Shown: positions 62,859 through 64,000 of the stretch, in pieces
Position numbering within the stretch: position 1 is the first letter of the stretch
Layout: the number at the start of each line of letters is the position of its first letter
NCBI RefSeq assembly: GCF_006345805.1
Contig: NC_042997.1
Location: 209,870,001-209,934,000, forward strand
DNA from: Octopus sinensis
Taxonomy: Eukaryota
DNA length: 64,000 nt
Direction of reading: 5' to 3'
Translations under genes and position numbers: made by a program
The notes under the pieces: model-generated
Told to the model about the DNA's origin: nothing
Database searches by the model: none
What the model saw: only the letters and a program-made list of their open reading frames with translations

Positions 62859-63080
62859 AAACTTCCTGAAGAACTGAAGGCAGCCCTGAAATTGAACCAA
62901 GCCAAACCTGGTCAAATGCCTCTCTATTTGCATCGTGCAAAAGTTGATCTTACCCAAATGAAACCTTCAAAACCTCTCCTGTCCATTGTGGCACCATTTC
63001 CAGATCATTTCTTAGAGACTTTACAAAAACTTCAACTAGAATATTCCTTTGATGACATTTTTGATACAAAAACTAAATAA
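62859..63080 (+). CDS. RPUSD3: RPUSD3-like exon 8 (KLPEELK...MPLYLHRA...APFPDHF...TK*)
   Basis: CAG acceptor, PLxLH motif III, stop TAA 63078-63080. Spliced CDS is 1227 nt (408 aa). Confidence 0.9.
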   Translation, partial: KLPEELKAALKLNQAKPGQMPLYLHRAKVDLTQMKPSKPLLSIVAPFPDHFLETLQKLQLEYSFDDIFDTKTK

Positions 63081-64000
63081 ATTATTTAGAAAAATTTGCA
63101 GAAAATATCTGGTGTTGTTTGGATTCAAGACTGAGGAATTTGGCAGTCCATTTTGAGATATGCTGTGCTTGTGAAGACCCATTCCTTCATTTCTGCTTAG
63201 GTCAAATCTTTATCCTAATCCTAATTCTAAACCAAACCCCAAATCCTAACTCGAACCTTAATTTTCGTTTTTGTAGATTCATCATCATCATCATCACTTA
63301 ACGTCCGTTTTCCATGCTAGCATGGGTTGGACGGTTCGACCGGGGTCTGGGAAGCCAGAAGGCTGCACTTGATCTGGCAGTGTTTCTACAGCTGGATGCC
63401 CTTCCTAACACTAGCCACTCCGTGAGTGTAGTGGGTGCTTTTCATGTGCCACCGGCACAGGTGCCAGGCCAGGCTGGCAACGGCCACGATCGGTTGGTGC
63501 TTTTTACATGCCACCAGCATGGAAGCCAGACAAGGCGGCGCTGGCATCGGCCACGTTCGGATGGTGCTTTTTACGTGCCACCGGCACAGGAAACACAACT
63601 ACAATTTCCATTGATTTTTGATGTTGATTTCTTTTAAGTATAATTTTATAAAAAAATTATGAGTTAAAAAAAATAACGGCTGGGAAAAAAACTAAAACAA
63701 AAAACAAACCCGAGGCTACAAAACGGAAGATAGTAATTTTGAAAAAAAATCTTCGTTTAACTATCGTAACCTCTGCATGTGTGTGTGTGTGTATGCGTGT
63801 ACGCACGCGCATTCATTTTACAGATATTAAATCTGTAAAATATAATTATTATTTTGTACCACCTTGATTTTCATCCTAGAATTTGCATATATATGTATAT
63901 TAGGTTGTCAAGAAAGTTCTTGCGGTTTTTAACCTTTAAATTCAGATGCACATATCTTGTCTCAAACAAAAATTTATTAATCGAGATAAACACCATCAGA

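Noticed and set aside
56213-62957. Poly-Thr/Val/His/Met ORFs (also 50212-50514 and 59281-59631)
   Set aside because: Translations of trinucleotide microsatellites.

Overview
AT-rich, repeat-dense animal genomic DNA. The SINE families and microsatellite load look like octopus/cephalopod; this is an inference. Two intron-rich genes lie head-to-head. On the - strand is BAP1 (UCH-family deubiquitinase): 10 coding exons from ATG 38292 to 1706, 570 aa, with the C-terminal exons outside the window. On the + strand is a complete 8-exon, 408-aa mitochondrial-type RluA pseudouridine-synthase homologue (44024-63080), most like RPUSD3, which lacks the catalytic Asp. The rest is tRNA-derived SINEs, degraded LINEs (RTE, CR1, RLE-type), mariner/piggyBac/Helitron-like non-autonomous elements, foldback palindromes, tandem arrays and microsatellites. 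The most notable non-coding signal is a set of minimal type-I hammerhead ribozyme motifs. One family is fused to a tRNA-like Pol III head and an (AAT)n tract in a short mobile unit that occurs in inverted and tandem arrangements. Its intact copies are antisense to the host gene, and its sense-oriented copies are mutated or lack the ribozyme. Exon boundaries were read by hand. Repeat boundaries are approximate.
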